IMG/VR virus record: IMGVR_UViG_3300028558_000001
Location: 32,001 to 96,000 of that record
DNA length: 64,000 bases
Source of the DNA: a virus
Direction: 5' to 3' (one strand)
Below, one piece after another: positions 47,222 through 55,953 of the stretch. The notes below the pieces were generated by a model. That model was not told the DNA's origin. It did no database searches and saw only the letters and a program-made list of their open reading frames with translations. Every line of letters starts with the position of its first letter. The stretch's first letter is position 1. The position numbers and the translations under genes were made by a program.

Positions 47222-48981
47222 TATAGATTTACGACCTGTACAGAAATTGTTGTTGGATCAATTTGCAGTATTGTATTATTTTGTCCATAAATGTCTTTGG
47301 ATTTTGAAGTAGCATAGAAAACTACGCCGGGAGAATTCAAGTAGTCATTTACAGTTATGGCACTCGTAGAAACTACACCAGTATCGTAATTAACATTTCC
47401 AATTTTAGAATAAATTGAAGGGCTGGTATAATTGACAAGATACAACGTTCCATCTGTAGCTACACCGCTTACTGTATCAGTGATGTAATAGCTAATGCCA
47501 CTAGAAAGAAAATTTGGAGTAAAAACTGATCCCGAAGTAATTGCATTATAGAAATTCATAGTACAACTATATGGAGTGTTTAGAGTTGCTTCAATCTGTA
47601 TTTTCATAGTAACAGTTGTTTCATTGGATAGAATATATTGATCTAGGGAATCAATCATGTCTGTTAGTTTAGAGAATCTTAGAGTAGTATCAAATTTATT
47701 TAGATTAGTAGTATTAAAATTGATGATACCATTAGAAACGATGCTCTGATATTCTGGGATAGTTAATGATGTATTAGAAATATCTACATGAAGTAAAGTA
47801 GATACATCTAGAAGCATGTCGCTTGGATCAACCATGACTGGAGAAATACCTACTGTATTTCTTTGTGAAATGAAATTAACTACATCTGCTTTTTGAGATA
47901 GTGAAATTGGTTCACCGGCAGTATTGATAACTGATATAAAAACTCTACCATAATCAACAGAAGTAGAGGTAGCAGTTCCGCCGTATACGTTAACATCTGA
48001 AACGTTCTGGAAATTTTCTTTAATTAGTTGCTTATAATCAGATGCAACTACTGCTCTATTCTGCGCCTTTGATGAATTAATGGCATTGAATTTAATAGAG
48101 TTAATATCTTCTGATGCACCACCACCAGAAGATGGACTTACAACATTAATTGTCAATGAATTAATAGTTGTGTTATTAATAGCTCCTAAGTTATCTGATA
48201 GAGTAAATGTTGTTACGCCATCTGCATCTGGACCAGCACACATTCTATATGTAGCCTGAATGACAGAATTGTTTAATGGTCTATGGCCGGTAACTCCATC
48301 ACCAAATACGATAGTGTACTTATCATCTGTTGATGCTTGAATAAAATAAATGTAAGAATTTGAATCAATCCCGAATAGATCACTCTGTAGTGATAGAGTA
48401 TATGTATTACCATTCTCAGTTAAGTAAACTGTTAGACTATCAGTATCAATATTTGGGTTTGATAAATCAAAAGATTGATTTTCATTGGTGTAATCTACAA
48501 CGAATGTTTCCGTAGTATAAAATCCATCATATACTGTTAGTGATGGAATATTGAAATAACCATTAGAAGAGAAATATATAGAATTTTCATTGGTCATGAA
48601 CTGATATGATGAATTACTATTCAGCCCGGAAAATCTTAATCCTGCTGGTAATTCTAGGCTATTTGTATTTGAGGTCTGAATCTGTAAATTCAGAATAGCC
48701 TCTGATGACTTCATAGAGCGAGGAAGATATTGCATTTCCTTAACTCTAGAAATTACAGAATTCTTCAATTGAGCAGTATCTAGAAATGATTCTGAGAACA
48801 TCATATTCATATAGAATGCATTCTGATACGTATTCTGTGCTAGAATATCTAGTAATACATTCATAGTTGATCCAGTAAAATCATAATCCTTAAAAATCGT
48901 CTGTGATTTAAGGTAAGTGATTAGATTTTGTTTATATGTATCTGGGTCTAGTACAGCAAAAGAAGGTGAACTATTAGCCAT
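47221..48981 (-). CDS. 6: Baseplate wedge subunit
   Basis: FKDYDF.GS..LLDILA.NT..ESFLDTA, FGDG..G, QNRAV...DY. Confidence 0.93.
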   Translation of the reverse strand: MANSSPSFAVLDPDTYKQNLITYLKSQTIFKDYDFTGSTMNVLLDILAQNTYQNAFYMNMMFSESFLDTAQLKNSVISRVKEMQYLPRSMKSSEAILNLQIQTSNTNSLELPAGLRFSGLNSNSSYQFMTNENSIYFSSNGYFNIPSLTVYDGFYTTETFVVDYTNENQSFDLSNPNIDTDSLTVYLTENGNTYTLSLQSDLFGIDSNSYIYFIQASTDDKYTIVFGDGVTGHRPLNNSVIQATYRMCAGPDADGVTTFTLSDNLGAINNTTINSLTINVVSPSSGGGASEDINSIKFNAINSSKAQNRAVVASDYKQLIKENFQNVSDVNVYGGTATSTSVDYGRVFISVINTAGEPISLSQKADVVNFISQRNTVGISPVMVDPSDMLLDVSTLLHVDISNTSLTIPEYQSIVSNGIINFNTTNLNKFDTTLRFSKLTDMIDSLDQYILSNETTVTMKIQIEATLNTPYSCTMNFYNAITSGSVFTPNFLSSGISYYITDTVSGVATDGTLYLVNYTSPSIYSKIGNVNYDTGVVSTSAITVNDYLNSPGVVFYATSKSKDIYGQNNTILQIDPTTISVQVVNL

Positions 48982-48997
48982 TTATTATTTTTACCTT

Positions 48998-49417
48998 TTA
49001 ACGAAGACGTTTAAGAATTAATGATAGTGTTATCGGAGCAGGGTTGTTTACTAATGAAAATGTCAGAGATACATTTAAATAATTTTCATCTGAACTTGGC
49101 GAAACATCTAGAGAAACAATCTTTACGCGAGGTTCATTGAATTCAATTGTATTTGTTATAGCGAATTTTATAGTATTTATCCCAATATCAACGTTCTGTT
49201 CGAACAATTGGCGCTTAACATCTGATCCAATAGTAGAATCATACCATCTTTCCCCAAGATTTGTTAGGATAAGACATTTTAGTGACTGCTTAATCGCCTG
49301 TTCATTAGTAACAACAGCAAGTCCATTAGATAATGGATTCATATCAAGGTTCATTGGTATATCAGAGAAATATACCTCTTGCTTTTTATTTGGTGTAATG
49401 AAATCAGAACGACTCAA
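48998..49417 (-). CDS. 25: Baseplate wedge subunit
   Basis: AIKQS...LILTN.GER..IGS..LFE..EPRV. Confidence 0.92.
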   Translation of the reverse strand: MSRSDFITPNKKQEVYFSDIPMNLDMNPLSNGLAVVTNEQAIKQSLKCLILTNLGERWYDSTIGSDVKRQLFEQNVDIGINTIKFAITNTIEFNEPRVKIVSLDVSPSSDENYLNVSLTFSLVNNPAPITLSLILKRLR

Positions 49418-49431
49418 TGTAGTATCCTTAT

Positions 49432-50175
49432 TTAAGAAATATTGACTTTTCCAGAAGCAGTAAGATCAATGTCGCCTCCGTCAGCCTTAAGAGTAATTTT
49501 ACCAGATGATTCAACCATAATATCACCAGCAGCAGTTTTAATCGTTACAGTTTGTGCATTAATAGTAGTAGTACCAGATGCCTTGACGGTAAAATTTTGA
49601 CATGCTAGTTGATAATTTCCATTGACTTTAATATCATAGTTTCCTTCAACATATGATCCTTTTTCTGATGCACAGTGTTCATATCTAACACCAGAAATAA
49701 ATTCGATAGAATCACCATCTGTTGAATGGTGAATAGAACCATCATGAGCGGTAACAGTATCTCCAGACGAACTTTGTTCATTGCCGTGCTTGGCATGTTG
49801 GTAGCCAGAAGCACCAGAAACACTAATTACAGACTGTCCTACTGCACCTGATACCGTTCCGCCATGCTCGGAATGATGATCACCATCCGTTTGTTTAACT
49901 GATGATCCGGCAATCTTAGTGTGATGATTGCCTTCTGTTGTGCTTGTCGTGCCGCCTTGGTTGTAATTATGAACTGTATTAGTAGAAAAGTGTTTCCAGC
50001 TTCCATCAGATGCAAATTCATGATAAGAACCTGTCTTATGTCCCCAACCTAAACTCTCAGAACCGGGAGTAGAATCTTGACGATGCCAAGAACCGTCTCT
50101 AAATTGATAGAAATCAACGTAGGGATATGTACCATTATTTGCTAAATCAGGAAGTTTCTGATTTTTATCTGTCAT
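49432..50175 (-). CDS. 5: Baseplate spike, gp5 C-terminal beta-helix part (separate gene)
   Basis: YPY..DSTPG.E..HKTGSY.E followed by 8-residue xxG repeats. Confidence 0.8.
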   Translation of the reverse strand: MTDKNQKLPDLANNGTYPYVDFYQFRDGSWHRQDSTPGSESLGWGHKTGSYHEFASDGSWKHFSTNTVHNYNQGGTTSTTEGNHHTKIAGSSVKQTDGDHHSEHGGTVSGAVGQSVISVSGASGYQHAKHGNEQSSSGDTVTAHDGSIHHSTDGDSIEFISGVRYEHCASEKGSYVEGNYDIKVNGNYQLACQNFTVKASGTTTINAQTVTIKTAAGDIMVESSGKITLKADGGDIDLTASGKVNIS

Positions 50176-51512
50176 TTAAATAGTGTTCCTACAACCGATT
50201 TAATTTGGTTTATCTGTGCTGTTGGTAGATTTAAACCAAGACCATTTACAATATTTACCATATTTCCATTGAGCATACTCGCGGCTGGAGAACAGGCCAA
50301 TTCGGCAAGAGCTTTTTTACCAGACTCAGGCATTTTAAGAATTGCTTGGTTCTTGGCAAATTTCTGTAACGCTTGTTGTACTGTGCTAACATTTAATACA
50401 GAATTTGGTAAATGATCTGTGTTAGTTTTCTGAATTAAGTTACCAATTACTGGAATTAATTGTGCGACGTTATTCAGAATATTTCCCTGAGTGATACCAG
50501 AACCTAATGAATTAGACGTTGTTGCGTCATTCATCTGTGAAATATATTGTTGAATTAATGCTTCAAGAGTTAAATCTGTTAAAGTACCAGAGTTAATTAA
50601 ATTTAATAGATCACTAGCAAATTGACTTCCCTGTGATTGAACAATAGACTGAACATCTGGAGTGTAGCTAGTTTGTGTTTCTAACTGCATTAATGCTGAA
50701 TAGATAACTTGTCTTGAAGTATCTGAAATATTAGTTGAATTTAGAGCATTAACTAATGCTTGAATAATGTACTCCATTGACGTAGAAGATGCCGCCTGTG
50801 AAATACCAGATGATACAGATGATCCAGTTGTTTGAATATTCCCCATTGGAGAAGATATATTCATTAACTGTTTTAATTTTGTTAGAGCCTGTACAGCCTG
50901 TGGTAGTGATGCTGATAGATTGTTTGGATCGACTTGCTGTAATTGTCCTAGAACAGATTGTACAGAGCCGGGGAGAGAAGCAATAGTTGGTGCTGTTCCT
51001 AATTTAGTAACTTGTTTTGCTAATGCAACAATATCTCTAGCATCATTATCTGTTGTTGCTGGCGGCATATTGCTTCCGCTATCATCATTCTTAATATTCT
51101 TATTAGCTCTTGTTGAGAATGCATTATTAGCAACTCTTGCACCGGGAGGGGTGGAATTGGTTTTAGGATCAACTTGAACCTGTCCATTTACCGTAGTTCC
51201 AGCAACAGGATCGCCTGATTTTGCAATTGTTCCGAGCATGATTGGATATTGATGATCTGCATCTAAGAACATACCAAATACAGTAGAACCTTTTATAACT
51301 CCTACGGGAGCGGAACCAATTTGATTGTGTGCGGCTGATTTAATATTTTGAAGTGGAATACCCCAAGGATAATCGGATTCAGGAATACCAGCAGGATCAT
51401 CATATTTTCCATGAATCTTTAACTGTACTCTACCAGCTTTATCTTTATCATCTAAATTATGAACTTCTGCAATGAAGAATGAGCCGCCTTGTCCAAAGTT
51501 ACGATCAGTCAT
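50172..51512 (-). CDS. 5: gp5 N-terminal OB-fold part plus a non-lysozyme helical extension
   Basis: GRVQLKI.G..PW..P..SAA..G.APVG...GS.VFG.FLD...QYP.MLGTI. Confidence 0.82.
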   Translation of the reverse strand: MTDRNFGQGGSFFIAEVHNLDDKDKAGRVQLKIHGKYDDPAGIPESDYPWGIPLQNIKSAAHNQIGSAPVGVIKGSTVFGMFLDADHQYPIMLGTIAKSGDPVAGTTVNGQVQVDPKTNSTPPGARVANNAFSTRANKNIKNDDSGSNMPPATTDNDARDIVALAKQVTKLGTAPTIASLPGSVQSVLGQLQQVDPNNLSASLPQAVQALTKLKQLMNISSPMGNIQTTGSSVSSGISQAASSTSMEYIIQALVNALNSTNISDTSRQVIYSALMQLETQTSYTPDVQSIVQSQGSQFASDLLNLINSGTLTDLTLEALIQQYISQMNDATTSNSLGSGITQGNILNNVAQLIPVIGNLIQKTNTDHLPNSVLNVSTVQQALQKFAKNQAILKMPESGKKALAELACSPAASMLNGNMVNIVNGLGLNLPTAQINQIKSVVGTLFK

Positions 51513-51515
51513 CTA

Positions 51516-52733
51516 TTAAACTCCATTTTCCAATGAACCCTTAATACATTCAATATAGTCTACATAACGTGGTCTATCCGTAGCAGAACCAATCTCACGA
51601 TGAATTCTAGAGACTAAGAAATTACCGGAAATAAGAGGATCATTTGGAACATTAGTTGTTATTGCTACTTTCTGTGGTAGATTTAAATATATAACATCAC
51701 CGGCTTTGACTTTAGTATCTCCATTAACTTTTAACTTAACTGCGATCTGAGACATGTCAGCGACATATGCCATTTGATTTGGAGTAGTTTGATCAATATG
51801 TGTGTTCTGTCTATTATTTGAATCAACTGGAATGAAGCTGAATAGGCCAGCAGTTGCGCCAAATAAGCTTTTAAAAGTATTTGAGTTGAAACCACCAGTA
51901 CCGCCGACCCCATTACTTTGGTCTGGAGTTACAGTTTTAGTGACATACTGCCTTGTTCTAAAATCATATGTAGATACTTTTTGAGAAAGAGCGCCCATAT
52001 TAACACGATCAATAGCATCTGCCTGTTTAATAACTTCAAATGAAATTATGTTAGCATCCGTCAAGCTGGTTAGCGTTGATCCAACAGAATCGCTTTGATA
52101 GAAAGTTTTAACTGGACCTTGTGAAAATAGGTATTCCATTGTCTTGAAATGAAATCCAACAGCATTTTCAAAATATAGATAGGATGAAGATTTAGAAGTA
52201 GATGATGTTGCTCTGCGTCTAATCATATCAATTGCTTCATATGGCTTTTTATTAGGAACAACAATTTTTTGCGTTCCATCCGTTGCCTCTGTAGAAATTG
52301 ATTTAGAACTCTTCAAAAATGTTTTATGAATATCTGAAATGATAGACGAAATAAGATCATTATATGACTTAGATACATAATTAGCTTTTGCATGGATAGC
52401 TTCAATAGATACGCATCTTAGCGTATAGACCTTGGCTTTCATTATTCCTAAATCTTTATTGTTCTCAACTGAATTTAAATGAAATGTGTAATCAAGCACG
52501 TCGCCACCGGGAGCGGCAAAGGAAAACTCAACAGTCTCATCGCCAACTATTTTTAGATTACCTAATGAATCATCCATATCAAGAACGTTAATATCACATA
52601 CAATGCCGGGAGTGAAAATAGATTCATAGACTGACGCCATAACGAAACAGTTACCTAGATTAAGTGTTCCTCTTTCACAAGTTAACATAAGTGTATATAT
52701 TAAAATGTCGCCGGGATTAAAACTATTTCCCAT
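51516..52733 (-). CDS. Baseplate hub protein, gp27-like
   Basis: SVYESI..P, YLYFEN..GFHFKT, V.GD...KAGDVI, SG.FLV..I; position between genes 53 and 5. Confidence 0.75.
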   Translation of the reverse strand: MGNSFNPGDILIYTLMLTCERGTLNLGNCFVMASVYESIFTPGIVCDINVLDMDDSLGNLKIVGDETVEFSFAAPGGDVLDYTFHLNSVENNKDLGIMKAKVYTLRCVSIEAIHAKANYVSKSYNDLISSIISDIHKTFLKSSKSISTEATDGTQKIVVPNKKPYEAIDMIRRRATSSTSKSSSYLYFENAVGFHFKTMEYLFSQGPVKTFYQSDSVGSTLTSLTDANIISFEVIKQADAIDRVNMGALSQKVSTYDFRTRQYVTKTVTPDQSNGVGGTGGFNSNTFKSLFGATAGLFSFIPVDSNNRQNTHIDQTTPNQMAYVADMSQIAVKLKVNGDTKVKAGDVIYLNLPQKVAITTNVPNDPLISGNFLVSRIHREIGSATDRPRYVDYIECIKGSLENGV

Positions 52734-53611
52734 TATTTAAGAAGCCTTGTTAATTCTATTGATACTTGTGTCGCATATGAATTATTCAATAATCTAATAG
52801 ACTTGTTATTGTTATTCTTCTCATCTTCATAATCATAATAGGTGACTGGTGAATAGTATACTAACTCATCATTAGGAACGTTACTATAAACTGTAAATGT
52901 TAAATTCTGTGATGAAAGATAAGTGAAAGTAGCTCCAGATGTTCTACCAACTAATCTAACTTTGCAATCACTTGTAGGAACAACCGTTCCATTGATATGC
53001 TGGATTGATAGTGAATTAGTTCCAGAAGCAATTACAGTTCCATATCCATTTGTTACATCTTCAAGATAAACGTCAACGATTTCTCCTTTAGTGAATATTA
53101 CATTATCTATAGGAGAAATATTTACCATCATATTTGTATTAATAATCCAGTCTTCTTGTATTCTAGTATAAGCAGATATAACATTATTATATCCTAATAC
53201 TGGAGCATAATACTTTTGGATATTTGGAGGGTATGCTGCATATACAGATGGATCAATTGGATTTGGATTATCATACCAATTATTTCTATAATATATTACT
53301 GTTTCTTGAGCTTGTTGGACAGAGCCATATTGAGAAATAATGTATGTAGTAAAGTCATCATAGGGAAGATACCAGTCATAATATGGGTCAACCACTTGAT
53401 TAGACATGAATACTAGCCAATTCATATATGGATCGGAATAATATGCTTCTGCAACCTGATCTGATCTAATATCATTAGAAATATCATATGAATAATATAG
53501 ATATGGGTCTTTTGCAACAGTGTTTAAAAATGAGACACGCTCAGAAATATTTACTGCTTGCTGACCATTATAATTAATGATTGGGAATTTAGAAAAATAT
53601 GTCTGTGTCAT
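52733..53611 (-). CDS. 53: Baseplate wedge subunit
   Basis: YFSKFP.I.Y, R.DQVA..YY.DP...WLV...N..DPYYDW, YDYE...N..K.SIRLL. Confidence 0.9.
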   Translation of the reverse strand: MTQTYFSKFPIINYNGQQAVNISERVSFLNTVAKDPYLYYSYDISNDIRSDQVAEAYYSDPYMNWLVFMSNQVVDPYYDWYLPYDDFTTYIISQYGSVQQAQETVIYYRNNWYDNPNPIDPSVYAAYPPNIQKYYAPVLGYNNVISAYTRIQEDWIINTNMMVNISPIDNVIFTKGEIVDVYLEDVTNGYGTVIASGTNSLSIQHINGTVVPTSDCKVRLVGRTSGATFTYLSSQNLTFTVYSNVPNDELVYYSPVTYYDYEDEKNNNNKSIRLLNNSYATQVSIELTRLLK

Positions 53612-53612
53612 A

Positions 53613-54488
53613 TTAATTCCTATCTATCTGTTTAACAGTGCCATCACCATTGACTTGCCAATCACTCTTAAGATGATATTCGATTTCTAATAGGCTAATG
53701 CTCATTACTACTGACGCTGGACCTTTACTATCACCAAAAAAAGCAGGAGAACCTTCACCAGCATAATCTACTTCTACTGCTTCAATTACGCATGGCTTGA
53801 ATTTATACATATAATCGTTAGCTGGAGAAATAGAAATATAAACCATATCTGGATATGAAAGAAGAGTACCAGCCACGGCGGCGGTTGTATCTGGTAATGC
53901 ATGATATTTAAATGCATTAGTAATATTTTTCACGGCATTTGTTTCATCTAAATTTTTAGGAGTGAACTTCCATGAAAAGGTATGTTGTTTGAATGTAGGT
54001 GAATTAAATAGGACCGTAAGGAATGGATTAACGGCAACACCTGAAAGGCTTAGGACATTGTTTAGACTTGTTCCAGCCCCAGAAGCGACGTTTTGCGCGG
54101 CCATGACGGCTAGACCAGCACCAGCACCTAATGCGCCAGTAGCTAGTGATGAAAGAACGGCGGTTGCACTGTTTGTTGCACTCTTTCCACCAGAAATGGC
54201 AGATTCAATTGCTGCGCCAACGGCGGGATTTTGTGGTCCTCTATCATATGCAATTGTTTGATGATCAATTAATTTTGTAGGAAGAGGAAGTGATATACCA
54301 TCAGTGGCGCGATTAAAGCCCCTCTTGAAAATATCTGGTCTTTCATATTGGACAAACTGAAACATCATATAATAGTTTGAAGTATCAAGATCAGAAGGGA
54401 ACTTTAGTTTAGCCCCGACGCCGAGTCCAGTGCCTCCAGACTGTCCATTAAGAAATTGAATTACATTTGTGTCGAAATTGATAGCCAA
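53613..54488 (-). CDS. 48: Baseplate tail-tube cap
   Basis: I.LPLP, NP....LF..P.F..H.F.WKF.PKN..E...V..I...FK, YP, KFKPCV. Confidence 0.88.
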   Translation of the reverse strand: MAINFDTNVIQFLNGQSGGTGLGVGAKLKFPSDLDTSNYYMMFQFVQYERPDIFKRGFNRATDGISLPLPTKLIDHQTIAYDRGPQNPAVGAAIESAISGGKSATNSATAVLSSLATGALGAGAGLAVMAAQNVASGAGTSLNNVLSLSGVAVNPFLTVLFNSPTFKQHTFSWKFTPKNLDETNAVKNITNAFKYHALPDTTAAVAGTLLSYPDMVYISISPANDYMYKFKPCVIEAVEVDYAGEGSPAFFGDSKGPASVVMSISLLEIEYHLKSDWQVNGDGTVKQIDRN

Positions 54489-54500
54489 CTTATATCCTAT

Positions 54501-54567
54501 AATAAATATTATATCTATTTAAACTATTTATAGGAAAACGCGCGACTTATCTCTAGGAGTATTTATG
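54501..54567. promoter_or_regulatory. Cluster of late promoters between divergent genes 48 and 4
   Basis: AATAAATA (+, 54501-08), TATAAATA (-, 54525-32), CATAAATA (-, 54560-67). Confidence 0.6.
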
Positions 54568-54577
54568 GAAAAGTATA

Positions 54578-55039
54578 GTGGCATATAAGTACTATAATGG
54601 TTATTATAAACCCAAGAATCCAAAGAAGTATAATGGTAAGGATTTAAATAATATTGTTTATCGTTCTGGTCTTGAATTAAAACTCTTTATGTACTTGGAT
54701 GCTCATCCTGACGTGATTTATTGGGGAAGTGAAGAACTAACCGTAGATTACATATCACCAAAAGACAACCGTAAACATAGATACTTTCCAGATGTAATTG
54801 TTAAACTTAAAGATCGCAACGGAAAGATTATTACTATGATGATCGAAATAAAGCCCTCGGATCAAGTTAATGAACCGAAGGCTATTGAGCGTGGTAAGCA
54901 ACCAACTAAACGACAGATTAATGAAATAATTACTTATGGTGTTAATCAAGCCAAATGGGCGGCAGCTAAAGTTTTCTGTGCCCAACAAGGTTGGGTATTT
55001 GAAATCATGACAGAGAAAGATATTAAAGGGTTGAAATAA
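54578..55039 (+). CDS. 4: Head completion nuclease
   Basis: PKNPKKY.G...IVYRS..E, W.SEE, HRYFPD, IEIKP, VNQAKW.AA. Confidence 0.93.
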   Translation: MAYKYYNGYYKPKNPKKYNGKDLNNIVYRSGLELKLFMYLDAHPDVIYWGSEELTVDYISPKDNRKHRYFPDVIVKLKDRNGKIITMMIEIKPSDQVNEPKAIERGKQPTKRQINEIITYGVNQAKWAAAKVFCAQQGWVFEIMTEKDIKGLK

Positions 55040-55412
55040 TATACTCAATAGCTTGAGGTACATGTTCAACAGTATTAAATTCACCGTTTAAAATATCTTC
55101 AATATGATAGATAGATACAATCTCATCTGTCTTGGAAGTAAAATACATCGGAGAAATAGTAGTATAATAGATGAACATTATTGCATCATCATATTTAATT
55201 GTTTCTGATAAAATGAAATTTTCTTCATCAACATTACAACCAGCTTCTTCTAATAGTTCTCTTTTAGCAGCAGTACGTGGAAGTTCACCTTCCTCTACTT
55301 TACCACCAATACCATTTAGTTGATCCTTCTGCCAATCTGGTCTTTTCTTTCGGATAAGAAGAACCTTATCCATAGTTTGGTTAAAAACAAACGTTAGTAC
55401 ATATTCTTGCAT
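55023..55412 (-). CDS. NUDIX hydrolase
   Basis: GGKVEEGELPRTAAKRELLEEAG Nudix box. Confidence 0.92.
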   Translation of the reverse strand: MQEYVLTFVFNQTMDKVLLIRKKRPDWQKDQLNGIGGKVEEGELPRTAAKRELLEEAGCNVDEENFILSETIKYDDAIMFIYYTTISPMYFTSKTDEIVSIYHIEDILNGEFNTVEHVPQAIEYIISTL

Positions 55413-55663
55413 TAATATTGCTCCTGTAAATTATTCCTTGTAAAAGTTAATGAAATCTTATTATCTACTACTTTAGATTCATAACTAACCAAAACTCCAT
55501 ACGTTACACCATTATGATAACGGTCAATAGCATGTGCCATAATGGTGGATACATTATATCCATACATAGCCGCAAAATCATGAGCAAATTCTGGAGAATA
55601 CTCATACTCAATACCTTTATAACAACCTTTAATTGTTCCAGTTATTCCATCATACATAGCCAT
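55412..55663 (-). CDS. 83-aa protein resembling a segment of major capsid protein gp23
   Basis: EYSPEFAHDFAAMYGYN versus T4 gp23 AYSIELAQDLRAVHGMD (recalled from memory). Confidence 0.5.
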   Translation of the reverse strand: MAMYDGITGTIKGCYKGIEYEYSPEFAHDFAAMYGYNVSTIMAHAIDRYHNGVTYGVLVSYESKVVDNKISLTFTRNNLQEQY

Positions 55664-55941
55664 TAAATTTCCTTAATATCAATTACAATTTGATTATTAT
55701 CAATCATTATAGGAGTATTGTTAGTAGAATCACATACTATATTAAAAACTTCTAATTCTGGAAATGAAAAGTTAATAATACTACGAACATTAAGTCTAGT
55801 TAAAGCATCATTCATTTCAAATAAAATATAATCATAGATAACTTTTTTAATAGTTTCTCTTAAAGGTAAAGAGATTAAATTTGATATATTATCATCTACA
55901 TTAATGATAATAGTATCTTTTGGTGACATTACATTTAACAT
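55663..55941 (-). CDS. 92-aa protein resembling the C-terminal domain of tail sheath gp18
   Basis: LFEMNDALTR..IVCDSTNNTPIMIDNNQIV versus gp18 LFELNNAFTR..VVCDTTNNTPSVIDRNEFV. Confidence 0.7.
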   Translation of the reverse strand: MLNVMSPKDTIIINVDDNISNLISLPLRETIKKVIYDYILFEMNDALTRLNVRSIINFSFPELEVFNIVCDSTNNTPIMIDNNQIVIDIKEI

Positions 55942-55953
55942 TAATTATTCCTT

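Noticed and set aside
33304-54261. Plus-strand ORFs inside the virion module (e.g. 33304-33639 His/Arg-rich, 35114-35602, 36898-37338)
   Set aside because: Shadows of Gly- or Asn/Thr-rich structural genes.
54578-55039. TnsA-like nuclease as evidence of a Tn7 transposon
   Set aside because: Motifs and position match T4 gp4; no tnsB/tnsC and no transposon ends.
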